From Opitutales bacterium (GTDB taxonomy: Bacteria; Verrucomicrobiota; Verrucomicrobiia; Opitutales; PNEW01), in NCBI GenBank assembly GCA_965219535.1, contig CBDCNV010000001.1, forward strand, positions 840,001 to 872,000: DNA of 32,000 nt, written 5' to 3'. This document shows, piece after piece, positions 9,830-19,599 of this stretch. The translations under genes were made by a program, and so were the position numbers. The stretch's first letter is position 1, and the number at the start of each line of letters is the position of its first letter. Below the pieces are notes generated by a model. It searched no databases. It was not told the DNA's origin and saw only the letters and a program-made list of their open reading frames with translations.

Positions 9830-10654
9830 TTATGTAAACCATAATCGCATGGCGGTTTCTCCCAGGATAGCCTCTTTCTCTAAAGAGGATAGTCCCAAAT
9901 GATCAATAAAGATTTCGAGATGTTGTTGATAGCTTACTTTTGGGATCCAGAGTGAAGTTGGGAAGTCACTTCCCCAGGTGCACCTATCGGGAGTGTAAGC
10001 GTCAATAACACTCTTTATTACCGGGTGCGAATCGCGACAGGGAAATGTTTCATCCGAACCGGTGACGAGAAAAGATAACTTGGCGTAAAGGTTTTTATAC
10101 TGTGCTAAATCCAAAACGGTTTTTAAGTTTTCAGATTGCGGTGTATCCGCCGCTTTCAGATTGGCACAATGGTCGAGCACCACGGGAACACCGGGGAAAG
10201 CGGAAAGCATATTGGCTAAGGATCGGCAATTCGGTGGATCGAGCAGGGCGCAAATAATCATCCCTCCTTTTTGCGCGGCTTTCCATATCTGTTTATGTTC
10301 TTCAATCACCGTACCGTCAGTATGCCAGCCTATGGATACACGATTACCACGGACACCATTGGACGGCGCTTTTTCCAGGAGATCTATCGAACCTGAATCA
10401 AAGGGATCAACATTCAAGACACCGGTCATCCATTCTTGATGATCGCGCACCGTGTCGAGGATAAGTTTGTTGTCATGATTATAGGTTGAATAGGTTTGGA
10501 CCACAACAATGTGATCAATGTTATTTAACTGCTTTTCATTTAATAGATCATCAATTGTCCCACGACCGGTTGGTGGTAAATAGGGCTTAGCAATCTGTGG
10601 ATACTTAACCGTATCTTCAGAATATATATGCGCGTGTGTGTCTACTATACTCAT
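9830..10654 (-). CDS. Amidohydrolase-2 family TIM-barrel metal hydrolase (sugar-lactonase-like)
   Basis: IVDTHAHIY at the N-terminus, VVLDHCA, WGSDFP near the C-terminus. 274 aa, typical of PF04909-type lactonases and decarboxylases. Confidence 0.75.
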   Translation of the reverse strand: MSIVDTHAHIYSEDTVKYPQIAKPYLPPTGRGTIDDLLNEKQLNNIDHIVVVQTYSTYNHDNKLILDTVRDHQEWMTGVLNVDPFDSGSIDLLEKAPSNGVRGNRVSIGWHTDGTVIEEHKQIWKAAQKGGMIICALLDPPNCRSLANMLSAFPGVPVVLDHCANLKAADTPQSENLKTVLDLAQYKNLYAKLSFLVTGSDETFPCRDSHPVIKSVIDAYTPDRCTWGSDFPTSLWIPKVSYQQHLEIFIDHLGLSSLEKEAILGETAMRLWFT

Positions 10655-10719
10655 GAATGATTACCAGAATCTTCGTCTTCGTCTCATTGTAACTTTTAAA
10701 TTATATTCATGCTTCTCAG

Positions 10720-10785
10720 CGGCCACGACGGAGCGTGGCCCTCCCTTTTAATCAATCTCTGGAGGGCCACGCTCCGTCGTGGCCG
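10720..10785. repeat. Perfect 25-bp inverted repeat with a 16-nt loop (REP-like palindromic element, possible transcription stop for the upstream minus-strand operon)
   Basis: CGGCCACGACGGAGCGTGGCCCTCC (10720-10744) and its exact reverse complement GGAGGGCCACGCTCCGTCGTGGCCG (10761-10785). GC-rich inside an AT-rich spacer. There is no T-run on either side. Confidence 0.7.
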
Positions 10786-10813
10786 TTCAATGTAATAAGA
10801 TGACACAAATTTA

Positions 10814-10960
10814 CTACTCTTCATTATCAATATCCTTAAGTTTACTGAATAATTTTTTTAAATCGAAATAACCGCCGATGGAAACCCACAGGGCCATGCA
10901 GGTGAAAATAACAACTGCGAAGATAAATACGATTTTCCAAATTAAGATCCAGAATTCCAT
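10814..10960 (-). CDS. 48-aa single-pass membrane peptide coupled to the upstream SSF symporter (candidate small subunit)
   Basis: Hand translation: MEFWILIWKIVFIFAVVIFTCMALWVSIGGYFDLKKLFSKLKDIDNEE*. The ATG lies 4 nt after the symporter stop codon. One hydrophobic helix plus a charged tail. Absent from the ORF track, in which every listed ORF is at least 60 aa. Confidence 0.5.
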   Translation of the reverse strand: MEFWILIWKIVFIFAVVIFTCMALWVSIGGYFDLKKLFSKLKDIDNEE

Positions 10961-10964
10961 TATT

Positions 10965-12524
10965 TTAATCTATAGTATTATTTGTCTTAGTTAAGGTCCC
11001 TTTATCGGGAAATAAGAGGGAGCCAACAATCATTGTTGTGAAGGCCATGGCGATCGTAAAGAGACCCACTTGAGCTCCGGTCAATCCGTCAAAGCCGACC
11101 GCGTTTCTCACGGGTTCCAGTCCAAAAATAGCAAAAAAACCACAGAGAAGTGCGAGAACAGCACCCGTAGAACTGGCGCGTTTCCAATAAAGCCCGCCGA
11201 CAAGGAGCGCAAATGCTCCGGTAAAATAAACTGCGCCGGTAACCACGAGATAATCCCAGATATCATCTTTACCTTTGTAGACCAGTCCCCAGTAGAGGAT
11301 ATAGGCTCCAATGAGCACAATAAGAATTCGCGTTAAACGTATACGCACATCATTGCTCAAATTGCGCCGACTTAATGGCACAATGATATCCTGGGTGATG
11401 ACCGCACTCCAACATAGTAGATAGCTGTCATGTGTAGACATAAAGGCGGCAATCATGGCGGCTGTGATTACTCCGATAATTCCTACCGGTAAAATACGCC
11501 CGAGGAATATAGGCATGGCATATAAATTATCGATTGGTTCACCGCCATCAACCTCAGGGAAAAATAGTAATCTCAATTCCGGTGCCTTGGTGAAGATAAA
11601 AACGAATGCGGAGATGCCCCAAAAGTAGGGAATGAGAAAGCGGATTAAATAAGCAGCAGATGACCACATGTACTGTACTTTTACCGCTTCTGGACTTTCC
11701 ATTGCCAGGGCCCGAGCGACCGCGGCTGGCCATACCGAGCATGCGATAATACCGAGAAAACCCATCCAGATAATATATTCTATACCAAAGGTCCCCTCAG
11801 CGAGGATAGGATTGAAGCCCTTTTCCCCCATTTGCAGGGCAACTGTATCGAAAATGTTCTGCCAGCCGAGGTGATAGATGATTAACCCGGTGGCAAAGAG
11901 TAAACCTAATGATAAAACAACGAACTGGATATAATCGGTTACGACGACGGATATCATGCCACCTAGAACAGTATAGGCCAACACCAGGATGAGTAAAATC
12001 GTCATTACCGTCGGTAGAGCCCAACCGGTAGCTGACATTCCCGTGATACCGACAACAAACATCGAGCCCACTTTTAAAAACATTCCCATGTTTAATATAC
12101 CTCCCAGGGCCAGCATAACCGCACCCAGGATCCGTGTCTTGCGGCCGAAGCGCTGTTCATAGTATTCCGGGATTGTCAGTACCTTCATTTTACGAAGCCG
12201 ATAGACGATAAGGCCGGTAGCACCGACGATGAAGGTTCCTAATGCCGCCATGATCGCGATGTGAAAAGCGGCAAATCCCCCAGTGAAGCCTTTTTGAGAA
12301 CTATACATAACCGTAACCAACCCGGTTTCTGTTCCTGCCAGAGTTGCGACACCGAGCCGGGTGCCGAGCGCTCTACCGGCGCCGATGTAACTGGTCATGT
12401 TTGTGGCGAAGCGTTTTACGAGAAGGCCGATGACCAGGGAGATAGAAAGATAGACGCCAACAATAATCCAATCAATAAGTGTGAAATTTGTCTGGCTTAA
12501 GGCCTCTGAAAAAGTGGATTCCAT
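10965..12524 (-). CDS. Sodium:solute symporter family (SSF/SLC5) transporter
   Basis: 519 aa, about 13 hydrophobic segments, SSF-like blocks (GGMISVVVTDYIQF, AAFMSTHDSYLL). Confidence 0.85.
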   Translation of the reverse strand: MESTFSEALSQTNFTLIDWIIVGVYLSISLVIGLLVKRFATNMTSYIGAGRALGTRLGVATLAGTETGLVTVMYSSQKGFTGGFAAFHIAIMAALGTFIVGATGLIVYRLRKMKVLTIPEYYEQRFGRKTRILGAVMLALGGILNMGMFLKVGSMFVVGITGMSATGWALPTVMTILLILVLAYTVLGGMISVVVTDYIQFVVLSLGLLFATGLIIYHLGWQNIFDTVALQMGEKGFNPILAEGTFGIEYIIWMGFLGIIACSVWPAAVARALAMESPEAVKVQYMWSSAAYLIRFLIPYFWGISAFVFIFTKAPELRLLFFPEVDGGEPIDNLYAMPIFLGRILPVGIIGVITAAMIAAFMSTHDSYLLCWSAVITQDIIVPLSRRNLSNDVRIRLTRILIVLIGAYILYWGLVYKGKDDIWDYLVVTGAVYFTGAFALLVGGLYWKRASSTGAVLALLCGFFAIFGLEPVRNAVGFDGLTGAQVGLFTIAMAFTTMIVGSLLFPDKGTLTKTNNTID

Positions 12525-12657
12525 ATTCGCCCTTAATTTATATTGAAGGCCACTTTCATAAAAACATTTCCATAGATCAAGCAGACTTGCTAAGCCGCTC
12601 GTTCAACATGGTTGTGAAGTGTATGCGCTCTGCCGGAAGAGGAGATTAGCACATCCA

Positions 12658-13617
12658 TCAGCTCCTGAAAGTGGGAGGGTTGGATGAAAACCCCAAGAGG
12701 TAACGGAGGGTAGGTGAAAAGCGCTCTGCCATCTCTTTTGGAATGGAAGGCCTAAAATCGGTGAATGGTTTAACCCAGGAGCGGCAGTAATATCCAAGAA
12801 TGGCGCGGCGCAGTTTATCTGTTGCATTTGAACCTGAGCGATGCCAGGTATTTGAGAGCCAAATGGCCACTGATCCAGCGGGCGCAGTAAGAATTACATC
12901 TTCCTCACCTAACGCTTCTCCCCACACCGGTCTTTTTCTTCGAAGGTGGCTGCGTGGGACGACATGGGTCGCTCCGTTATCTTCGGTAAAATCATCAAGC
13001 ATCCATACGTTTTGCACGGTGAGAGGAAAATGGGGGAGGGGTTCTTCCAATTGACCGAGTGGAACATCCACGTGCCAGGCACCGCCTTCTTTGGCCTGAG
13101 GTCCTATACTGTTAACACTGAGGTCGGAGAGAATACAATCATTATCCAATACCCCTCTTACGAGTTCTAAGACAATTGGGTTTTCGATCAATCTGCCAAA
13201 TAAGTCTGATTTGCTTGGTAGATTCATTACCCGCTGAGATCTATCTTCATCAAAAAAAAGAGGGAGGTGCATGAATAATTTCATTACCTGTTTGATGTGA
13301 ACCGGCCAGGGTGTGTCATAGTTCTGCGCTCGCGTGTGGCGCACCCGTTTCATAACCCTGGCCAACTCTGTTTTACTTATCGTGTAATTTTTAGCATAAA
13401 AAGCTTCGATCTCTACATCATCAGGGTGTGCAGGACCGTCATCAGGTTCATAGGGTGTCTCCCGTTCCCGCGTAAGCAGATCTTCCACTACTTCCCGATA
13501 CTTTTCCAATTCACTTTCTTTAAGTATTCCCTCGAGCACGACATAGCCCTGTTCCGATAGCTGCGTGTGTGCCGATTGCAAATCGTATTTGGAACAGATC
13601 TTTGTTTCTATTGGCAT
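12658..13617 (-). CDS. PhyH-family Fe(II)/2OG oxygenase (long form, 319 aa)
   Basis: EQGYVVLEGIL N-terminus, GGAWHVDVP (HxD), HVVPRSHL, NTWHRSGSNATDKLRR. Confidence 0.85.
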   Translation of the reverse strand: MPIETKICSKYDLQSAHTQLSEQGYVVLEGILKESELEKYREVVEDLLTRERETPYEPDDGPAHPDDVEIEAFYAKNYTISKTELARVMKRVRHTRAQNYDTPWPVHIKQVMKLFMHLPLFFDEDRSQRVMNLPSKSDLFGRLIENPIVLELVRGVLDNDCILSDLSVNSIGPQAKEGGAWHVDVPLGQLEEPLPHFPLTVQNVWMLDDFTEDNGATHVVPRSHLRRKRPVWGEALGEEDVILTAPAGSVAIWLSNTWHRSGSNATDKLRRAILGYYCRSWVKPFTDFRPSIPKEMAERFSPTLRYLLGFSSNPPTFRS

Positions 13618-13830
13618 TGTATGACGAATAATAAATATTAATAATTAGAGGATTATATCAGATTGGTGCGACATTTTAGTTTGTCTTTATTGTTATATCT
13701 AAATTGCATTCCACTATGATGAATTGCTAATAACTGGTAAGAGTTCAAGAACTTATGATACTCCTGAAATTCATCAGATGACAGCAACTAAGGGTAGGTA
13801 GGTTTTCATCAAATAAAAAGTAATATTACA

Positions 13831-15372
13831 ATGGATGGTTTAGCCGGATTCAGTGGATTAAACTATTGTATACTTTTCGTATACTTCGGCGTCTTATTCA
13901 GCATCGGTTTGTTACTGGCGAAAAAACAGCGAAGCACCGAAGATTACTTTTTAGCGGGTCGGAACATGCCGTGGTTATTTGTCGCTATGAGCATGCTGGC
14001 CTCTCTCACCAGTGCCGTTTCCTACATGGGAGTTCCAGGAACTTCCTATGCTGAGAATATCTCTTATATTTTTGCCGCTCCGATGGCACTTATAACGGCC
14101 CCGATCGTTATTTTCTTTTTCTTTCCCCTCTACCGAAAATTAAGGATTACCACGACCTATGATTACATCTTGAAACGATTTGGTAAAGAGGCCCGCTATA
14201 TTGCATCCGCTTTGTTTTTGTTACAAACCTTGGGATGGATGGGAACGATTCTGTATGCTCCTGCCCTGGCCCTCAGCGTCGTTACCGGGATCAATATATG
14301 GATGGCCATCATCCTGATGGGACTGTTGACCACAGCCTACACCGTATTGGGTGGTCTACCTGCGGTTATTTGGACCGATGTAATTCAGTTTCTTATCCTT
14401 GTCGGCGGTGCAATCTGGGTATTCGTCAGTCTCTTGAACGGAGTCCCGGGTGGATTCAGTCAGATTATTGAAATTGCCGGGGATACAGATCATCTGCGCG
14501 TCTTTGAATGGAAATTGGATTTTAGCAGAATGAATGCGATTGCAGTGACAATTGCCTGGTTTTTCATCTCAATCCAAGCCTGGGGAATCGGCCAGGTCTC
14601 AGTGCAACGCCTGCTTGCGATCAAAACCTCTGGTGGAGTCGCAAAAGCATTAATCGCCAATGGTGTATTTGAGACGATTATGTTGACCCTGCTCTTGTTC
14701 ATCGGGATTGGCATGTTTGCCTATTTTCATGTTTTTCCCGAACGACTTGTCAATGGCCTGGTTGGCGATCGTTTTCTTCCCTATTATATTATTCATGCCC
14801 TGCCCAATGGCATTTCCGGACTTCTTATTACGGCAATTTTTGCGGCGGCGATGTCGAGTATGGATTCCGCGGTCAATTCATCGGCTACGGTGATTGTCAA
14901 CGACTTTGTCAGACCACTCAGTCGCAAACCGAGAACGGATCAACAGGACTTAAAATTAGCACGTATCTTAACTATAGGCTTCGGCTTTTTCGCCATTGTC
15001 GTAGCCTGTTATGTTTCCAGAATTGAAGGGGTGTTAAAAGCCATCAACATGATAGGCGGTTATTTCGGGGCTCCCGCAACTGGCTTATTTTTTCTTGGTA
15101 TTTTCAGTCGTCGAGCAAATTTCCAGGGATGGGTTGTGGCCACGCTGCTCTTTGCAATGCCTTTTCAATATTGGATTCAAAATATTGTCGATGTGCATTG
15201 GATATATTATTCAACTTTGGGTCTATTCGTAACGGTAATATCTACTTATGTGTTGAGTGTAATCTTTTCAGCACTCTGGCTTATTCCCGTAGCTGACAAC
15301 CAATACACCGTGTGGGGAACGCGATTTTCATTTTCAGAAGCTGATGAAACTCAATCGGCTAATAATCCTTAA
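13831..15372 (+). CDS. Sodium:solute symporter family (SSF/SLC5) transporter
   Basis: 513 aa polytopic protein. YFLAGRNMPW, GGLPAVIWTDVIQF and AAAMSSMDSAVNS are SSF-type blocks. Confidence 0.85.
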   Translation: MDGLAGFSGLNYCILFVYFGVLFSIGLLLAKKQRSTEDYFLAGRNMPWLFVAMSMLASLTSAVSYMGVPGTSYAENISYIFAAPMALITAPIVIFFFFPLYRKLRITTTYDYILKRFGKEARYIASALFLLQTLGWMGTILYAPALALSVVTGINIWMAIILMGLLTTAYTVLGGLPAVIWTDVIQFLILVGGAIWVFVSLLNGVPGGFSQIIEIAGDTDHLRVFEWKLDFSRMNAIAVTIAWFFISIQAWGIGQVSVQRLLAIKTSGGVAKALIANGVFETIMLTLLLFIGIGMFAYFHVFPERLVNGLVGDRFLPYYIIHALPNGISGLLITAIFAAAMSSMDSAVNSSATVIVNDFVRPLSRKPRTDQQDLKLARILTIGFGFFAIVVACYVSRIEGVLKAINMIGGYFGAPATGLFFLGIFSRRANFQGWVVATLLFAMPFQYWIQNIVDVHWIYYSTLGLFVTVISTYVLSVIFSALWLIPVADNQYTVWGTRFSFSEADETQSANNP

Positions 15373-15399
15373 CCCATACGATTTAAACCAACGCGGGAG

Positions 15400-16248
15400 T
15401 TAATGATCTATATTCAGAAGGGCCATAGCTAAAATTGCGATCGCTATACCGAATGCGCTGCGTTTCGAGAGGGGTTCTTTAAAGAGAAAAACGGCGACCG
15501 ATGTTGTAAAGAGCAGTCCGCCAGCGCTGATGATCGGAAAGACAATGAAACCGGGAAACTTTTCAAGCGCTTTGAGCAAAAAGACTGTTTGCAAGTAATT
15601 CGCAAATCCTACCACCGTCGCGATAATTATTTCTGATAATGTGGGGCGGAGATTGCGGAAATGAATTATCGCCAGTGACGCGAGGCTGGCGATGGAGAAA
15701 GCAGCTAAAACGAAGAATGCAATTTCCTCAGGGTTGCCATAATATTTGAAGGCCTCCTGGGATGTTCTCGCTGACCCGGCAACTAAAAAAAACAAAGGCA
15801 TGAGGACAATTATACGAGCGGGTATATTGGATTCACCGATACGCGTTTTATTCTGTCCGATAAGAAGCAAAGAAAAAGTACCAAAACCGATTCCTATCGT
15901 TTGCCATAAAGACGGCCGTTCTCCCCAGAAAAGAATACCGAATACAATGGGCATGAGCATGGCCAACCGAGAGGCAACGGCAGTTAATGCCGCGCCTTTC
16001 CAAAATAAAACGGGAATCAGTAGTAAATATCCCAGAAAATAAGCAATGCCATTTACGGCCCCCAAGAGGGTGGCGTTGATACTCAATGTCTGGTTGTCGG
16101 AAAAGAGGAAAAATAGCGCGGCCAGTACTGCGCTCGCGATATAACTTATCGCTCCAACCGTTGTTAAATCTTCATCGCGATCCTAGACCCAGCGAAAGAT
16201 GAGAATAAAAGAGGAACTGAAAATAATATTCAGAAAAAGATAGATCAA
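15400..16248 (-). pseudogene. DMT-superfamily (EamA-like) 10-TM permease, paralog of 16300-17142, with an in-frame TAG at 16183-16185
   Basis: Track ORF 15400-16086 lacks the first ~55 residues of the paralog. Hand translation upstream in the same frame gives (TTG)LIYLFLNIIFSSSFILIFRWV*DRDEDLTTVGAISYIASAVLAALFF. This aligns to MIYLILHIVLSSCFLIIVRWAQNRKQNIVNVGAVNYIICAVIAVFLF, and the TAG sits where the paralog has Q. Confidence 0.7.
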
Positions 16249-16299
16249 TTTGTGCCTTGGAAAATATTTATTGCTTTAAGATGAAACAAATAGAAACGG

Positions 16300-17142
16300 T
16301 CATAAATTTAATAGAACCAGTGATACGATTGAGATTACGATTATCGCATAAGTAAGTGAAACTAATCTCTCCTTAAGAAAGAGGGCCGCGAGACAAGTCG
16401 TAAATAACAAGGAACCGGCACTGGCCGCGGGGAAAATAATAAACCCGGGTAAAGATTCAAGGGCTTTTAATAGAAAGACCAGTTGAATATTGTTCACGAT
16501 TCCGAGGACCCCGCCAATCATCATCTCAGGGATCGATGGGCGCTGATAACGCGAAATTAAAATGATGATTGAAATAGTACCGGCGATAATAAAAGCGGTA
16601 AGGATATAGAGCGTAATTTCATCGGGGCTCCCGAGATATTTAAAAGCTTCCTGTGAGGTCATAGCACTGCCTTCAATTAAAAATGCAACGGTCATGATGA
16701 CAGCGATGATCGGTGGCACTTTTGTTTTTGCGATTCCCACTTCCCTTTGTCCAATCAATATCAGGGAGAGACAGGCAAGCGCGATACCAACGAACTGGAT
16801 TGAAGTCGGTCTTTCTCCCCAAAAAATAATACCTGCTAATAAAGGGAGGATCATCGCCAGCCTGGCGACCGCGGAGGTTAAAGCTGCCCCCTTCCAGGGG
16901 AGAATAAAAATGGTAATAAAGAAAACGTTAATATAGCAAACGCCATTAATCGCGCCGAGGAGAAATGAAATCCCGCTGTAATTCGAAGGCGGCTTAAGGA
17001 GAAATAAAAATACAGCTATAACGGCACAGATGATATAATTAACAGCACCGACGTTGACGATATTTTGCTTACGATTTTGGGCCCACCGAACGATAATGAG
17101 AAAACACGAACTTAAAACAATATGGAGTATAAGATAGATCAA
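16300..17142 (-). CDS. DMT-superfamily (EamA-like) 10-TM permease
   Basis: 280 aa. Two similar five-helix halves. WKGAALTSAVARLAMILPLLAGIIFWGERP resembles EamA-domain transporters. Confidence 0.7.
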   Translation of the reverse strand: MIYLILHIVLSSCFLIIVRWAQNRKQNIVNVGAVNYIICAVIAVFLFLLKPPSNYSGISFLLGAINGVCYINVFFITIFILPWKGAALTSAVARLAMILPLLAGIIFWGERPTSIQFVGIALACLSLILIGQREVGIAKTKVPPIIAVIMTVAFLIEGSAMTSQEAFKYLGSPDEITLYILTAFIIAGTISIIILISRYQRPSIPEMMIGGVLGIVNNIQLVFLLKALESLPGFIIFPAASAGSLLFTTCLAALFLKERLVSLTYAIIVISIVSLVLLNL

Positions 17143-17231
17143 ACTTTAGAAATTTTTATAGCTTATCTATCTTGCTTTCATCTATTAATAAATAAGAATT
17201 TTCAACGAGAGTGGTTTAACCGCAAATTATC

Positions 17232-17966
17232 ATGGCAGAGAAATTACCTATATTAGTCTATCACCGCGTACATCTCGATGATGACGTTACTGAACCCAAT
17301 GATGGCGGACGCACTGATCTCTCCCTCTTTAAACTTCAAATGTATCATTTGAAGGAAGAGGGATTCCAGACAGTAACCTACCGTGAGATTGAGTCCTGGT
17401 TATATAATGATGATGCATTACCGGAACGTGCGGTGGCCATCGATTTTGATGATAATCGGTTGAATGTTCTTGAAAATGCTTTGCCAGTTTTGGATGAGCT
17501 GGGATTTGTCGCCACGGTATTTGTGATCACCGATTTAGCGAGCGGCGAAAACATGTCGGGGATGGTCGGGCATCCTGCTTTGAAATGGGAACATCTCAAA
17601 GAGCTTCGGGATAAGGGTTGGTGTATCTCACCTCACACCGTTAAACATTTATACCTTGCCGGTCCTGAACGTCTGCCCCGCGATGAGGCTGAATTGATGA
17701 GTGAACTGATAGATTCGAGGCGGGAAGTGGAAGAGCGTTTAGGCATTGATGCACCCAATTTTGCCTATCCCTGTGGCAGTTGGAACGACGAGGTTGAAGC
17801 GCGTGTAAAAGAGGTCTATCGCACTGCCCGCCACTGGCATCTTGTCGACAAGGGACCCTGGCCATTGAATACGCGGGAGACTAATCCCTACCGTCTCGCA
17901 GCAATCAATATGTGTAATGCGATGTCGTTGGAAACCTTTAAGGACCTGATCGATTCATCGAAATGA
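17232..17966 (+). CDS. Polysaccharide deacetylase (CE4 / NodB-homology) family protein
   Basis: ILVYHRV..., VAIDFDDN (DD metal/catalytic motif), ISPHTVKH, YPCGSWN. 244 aa. Confidence 0.6.
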   Translation: MAEKLPILVYHRVHLDDDVTEPNDGGRTDLSLFKLQMYHLKEEGFQTVTYREIESWLYNDDALPERAVAIDFDDNRLNVLENALPVLDELGFVATVFVITDLASGENMSGMVGHPALKWEHLKELRDKGWCISPHTVKHLYLAGPERLPRDEAELMSELIDSRREVEERLGIDAPNFAYPCGSWNDEVEARVKEVYRTARHWHLVDKGPWPLNTRETNPYRLAAINMCNAMSLETFKDLIDSSK

Positions 17967-18078
17967 GGTGATGTAAATAGTCGAAAGTCAAAGGTCGAAG
18001 GTCTAAAGCGATAATACTATGTTATTTTAGTAAGGCTATGTCGGACAGGCAAAAGGCACAAAAATAATTTAGAAATAA

Positions 18079-18110
18079 GGTGGAACGCGCTGTCCCTAGC
18101 GCGTTCCACC
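18079..18110. repeat. GC-rich perfect hairpin (12-bp stem, 8-nt loop)
   Basis: GGTGGAACGCGC tgtcccta GCGCGTTCCACC. T-rich only when read on the minus strand (followed by TTATTTCT). Function unclear. Confidence 0.4.
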
Positions 18111-18197
18111 CATAGCTGAATAATTATCAGGTTAAAATTAGAGATTGATTTTTCACACTATTGGTGGGAAATTTTCTGCAGTTCAGTTTAATTCAGC

Positions 18198-18290
<93 letters not shown>

Positions 18291-18345
18291 ATTTATCGAC
18301 ATCTTGTCAATATTTGTTAATTATAATTAGCAAATTTTAATCTAG

Positions 18346-19575
18346 ATGGCGAAACAGAGATTTAAGATTACCAGGTTTATCAACCCGAGTGGCTCAGAAG
18401 CCTGGCGCTTATCCGGCACCCTGAATGGTAAGCAAATACGTAAGAATTTCAAATCCCGCAACGATGCTGTCGCCGAGCGTCAGCGGTTATCGATTCGATA
18501 TTTAAACGAACAATCCGAAGGGCAGACCGTATGGACAACCCTGACCCAGTTGCAGAACAAAGAGGCCATTTCAGCTATTAATCTTCTTAACCAAGCCAAG
18601 TCCAATAAGTCTCTCACCTTCGCTGTTAACTATTTTTTAGGGCATTATAAAGAAGCTGCTGAAACAATGACCGTCGAAGAGGCCGTCCATGAGTATTGCG
18701 ATCATAAGTCCAAGGAAATGGAGCGTGGGATCATCTCATTATGCCAGGAGCAGGGCATCACGCGTGAGATGAAAAAGTTAAAGGGTATTTTTGGGGGACG
18801 GATCGTTAACGAAATTCAACCTGTTGAGTTGAATACTTACCTCGACACACGACACCATCGTTCAAAAGAAGTGCTCTCCCTTAAAACCTGGAATAACCGC
18901 CGAGGATACCTAAGCACTTTCTTCAAATACTGCGTGTCAAAGAAATATGTGGGAGAAAACCCGATCCTGGAAGTTCCCCAGTATAAAATAAAGCAACGCA
19001 GGGGTAGCGCAGAGATTCTCTCTGCTAATGAAGCATCCGAATTGATGGAGTGGCTGGAAACTTATCGTGGAAAGCAGAACAAGGACGGATCCTTTTGGGG
19101 TGAATCCGGGTGCATGGTTCCCTATTTTGCATTAGCCCTGTTTGCAGGAATCAGGCCCGACTGGGAGCACGGTGAAATGGGAAAACTCAAAACCAAGCAC
19201 ATCCGTATGGATACCGGGGTTATCCTTATCGAACCGGAGGTCTCGAAAGTAAAGGAAAAGCGAGCCATTAAAATCCAACCCAACCTTAGTCTGTGGCTGG
19301 AGAAATATCCTCTTTCTATATACCCAATCATCCCAGCAAGGAGGTTCAGTGACATGTGGGCTCATGTCCGAAAAGAGCACAAACTTTCTCAGAATGTCCT
19401 TCGTCATACCTATATATCGATGACGGTGGGGTCCTTCCGCTCGGTAGGAGACGCCGCCCTTCAGGCGGGTAACTCTGAATCCGTGATCCGCAAATACTAT
19501 CTCGACCTGGTAACTAAAGAGGAAGCAGATCGCTTCTGGCAGATAGTTCCACTGAGCGATCAATTAGTTCGGTAA
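18346..19575 (+). CDS. Tyrosine-type site-specific integrase (phage integrase family)
   Basis: 409 aa, 57 nt downstream of tRNA-Ser. C-terminal catalytic region has GIRPDW, VLRHTYISM (HxxR) and IRKYYLD (Tyr). Confidence 0.85.
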   Translation: MAKQRFKITRFINPSGSEAWRLSGTLNGKQIRKNFKSRNDAVAERQRLSIRYLNEQSEGQTVWTTLTQLQNKEAISAINLLNQAKSNKSLTFAVNYFLGHYKEAAETMTVEEAVHEYCDHKSKEMERGIISLCQEQGITREMKKLKGIFGGRIVNEIQPVELNTYLDTRHHRSKEVLSLKTWNNRRGYLSTFFKYCVSKKYVGENPILEVPQYKIKQRRGSAEILSANEASELMEWLETYRGKQNKDGSFWGESGCMVPYFALALFAGIRPDWEHGEMGKLKTKHIRMDTGVILIEPEVSKVKEKRAIKIQPNLSLWLEKYPLSIYPIIPARRFSDMWAHVRKEHKLSQNVLRHTYISMTVGSFRSVGDAALQAGNSESVIRKYYLDLVTKEEADRFWQIVPLSDQLVR

Positions 19576-19599
19576 GCTTAATAAAATAGGGGGACTTCG

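Noticed and set aside
17981-18008. Four tandem heptamers TCGAAAG TCAAAGG TCGAAGG TCTAAAG after the deacetylase stop
   Set aside because: The repeat is short and degenerate, no function can be supported, and it could arise by chance or slippage.
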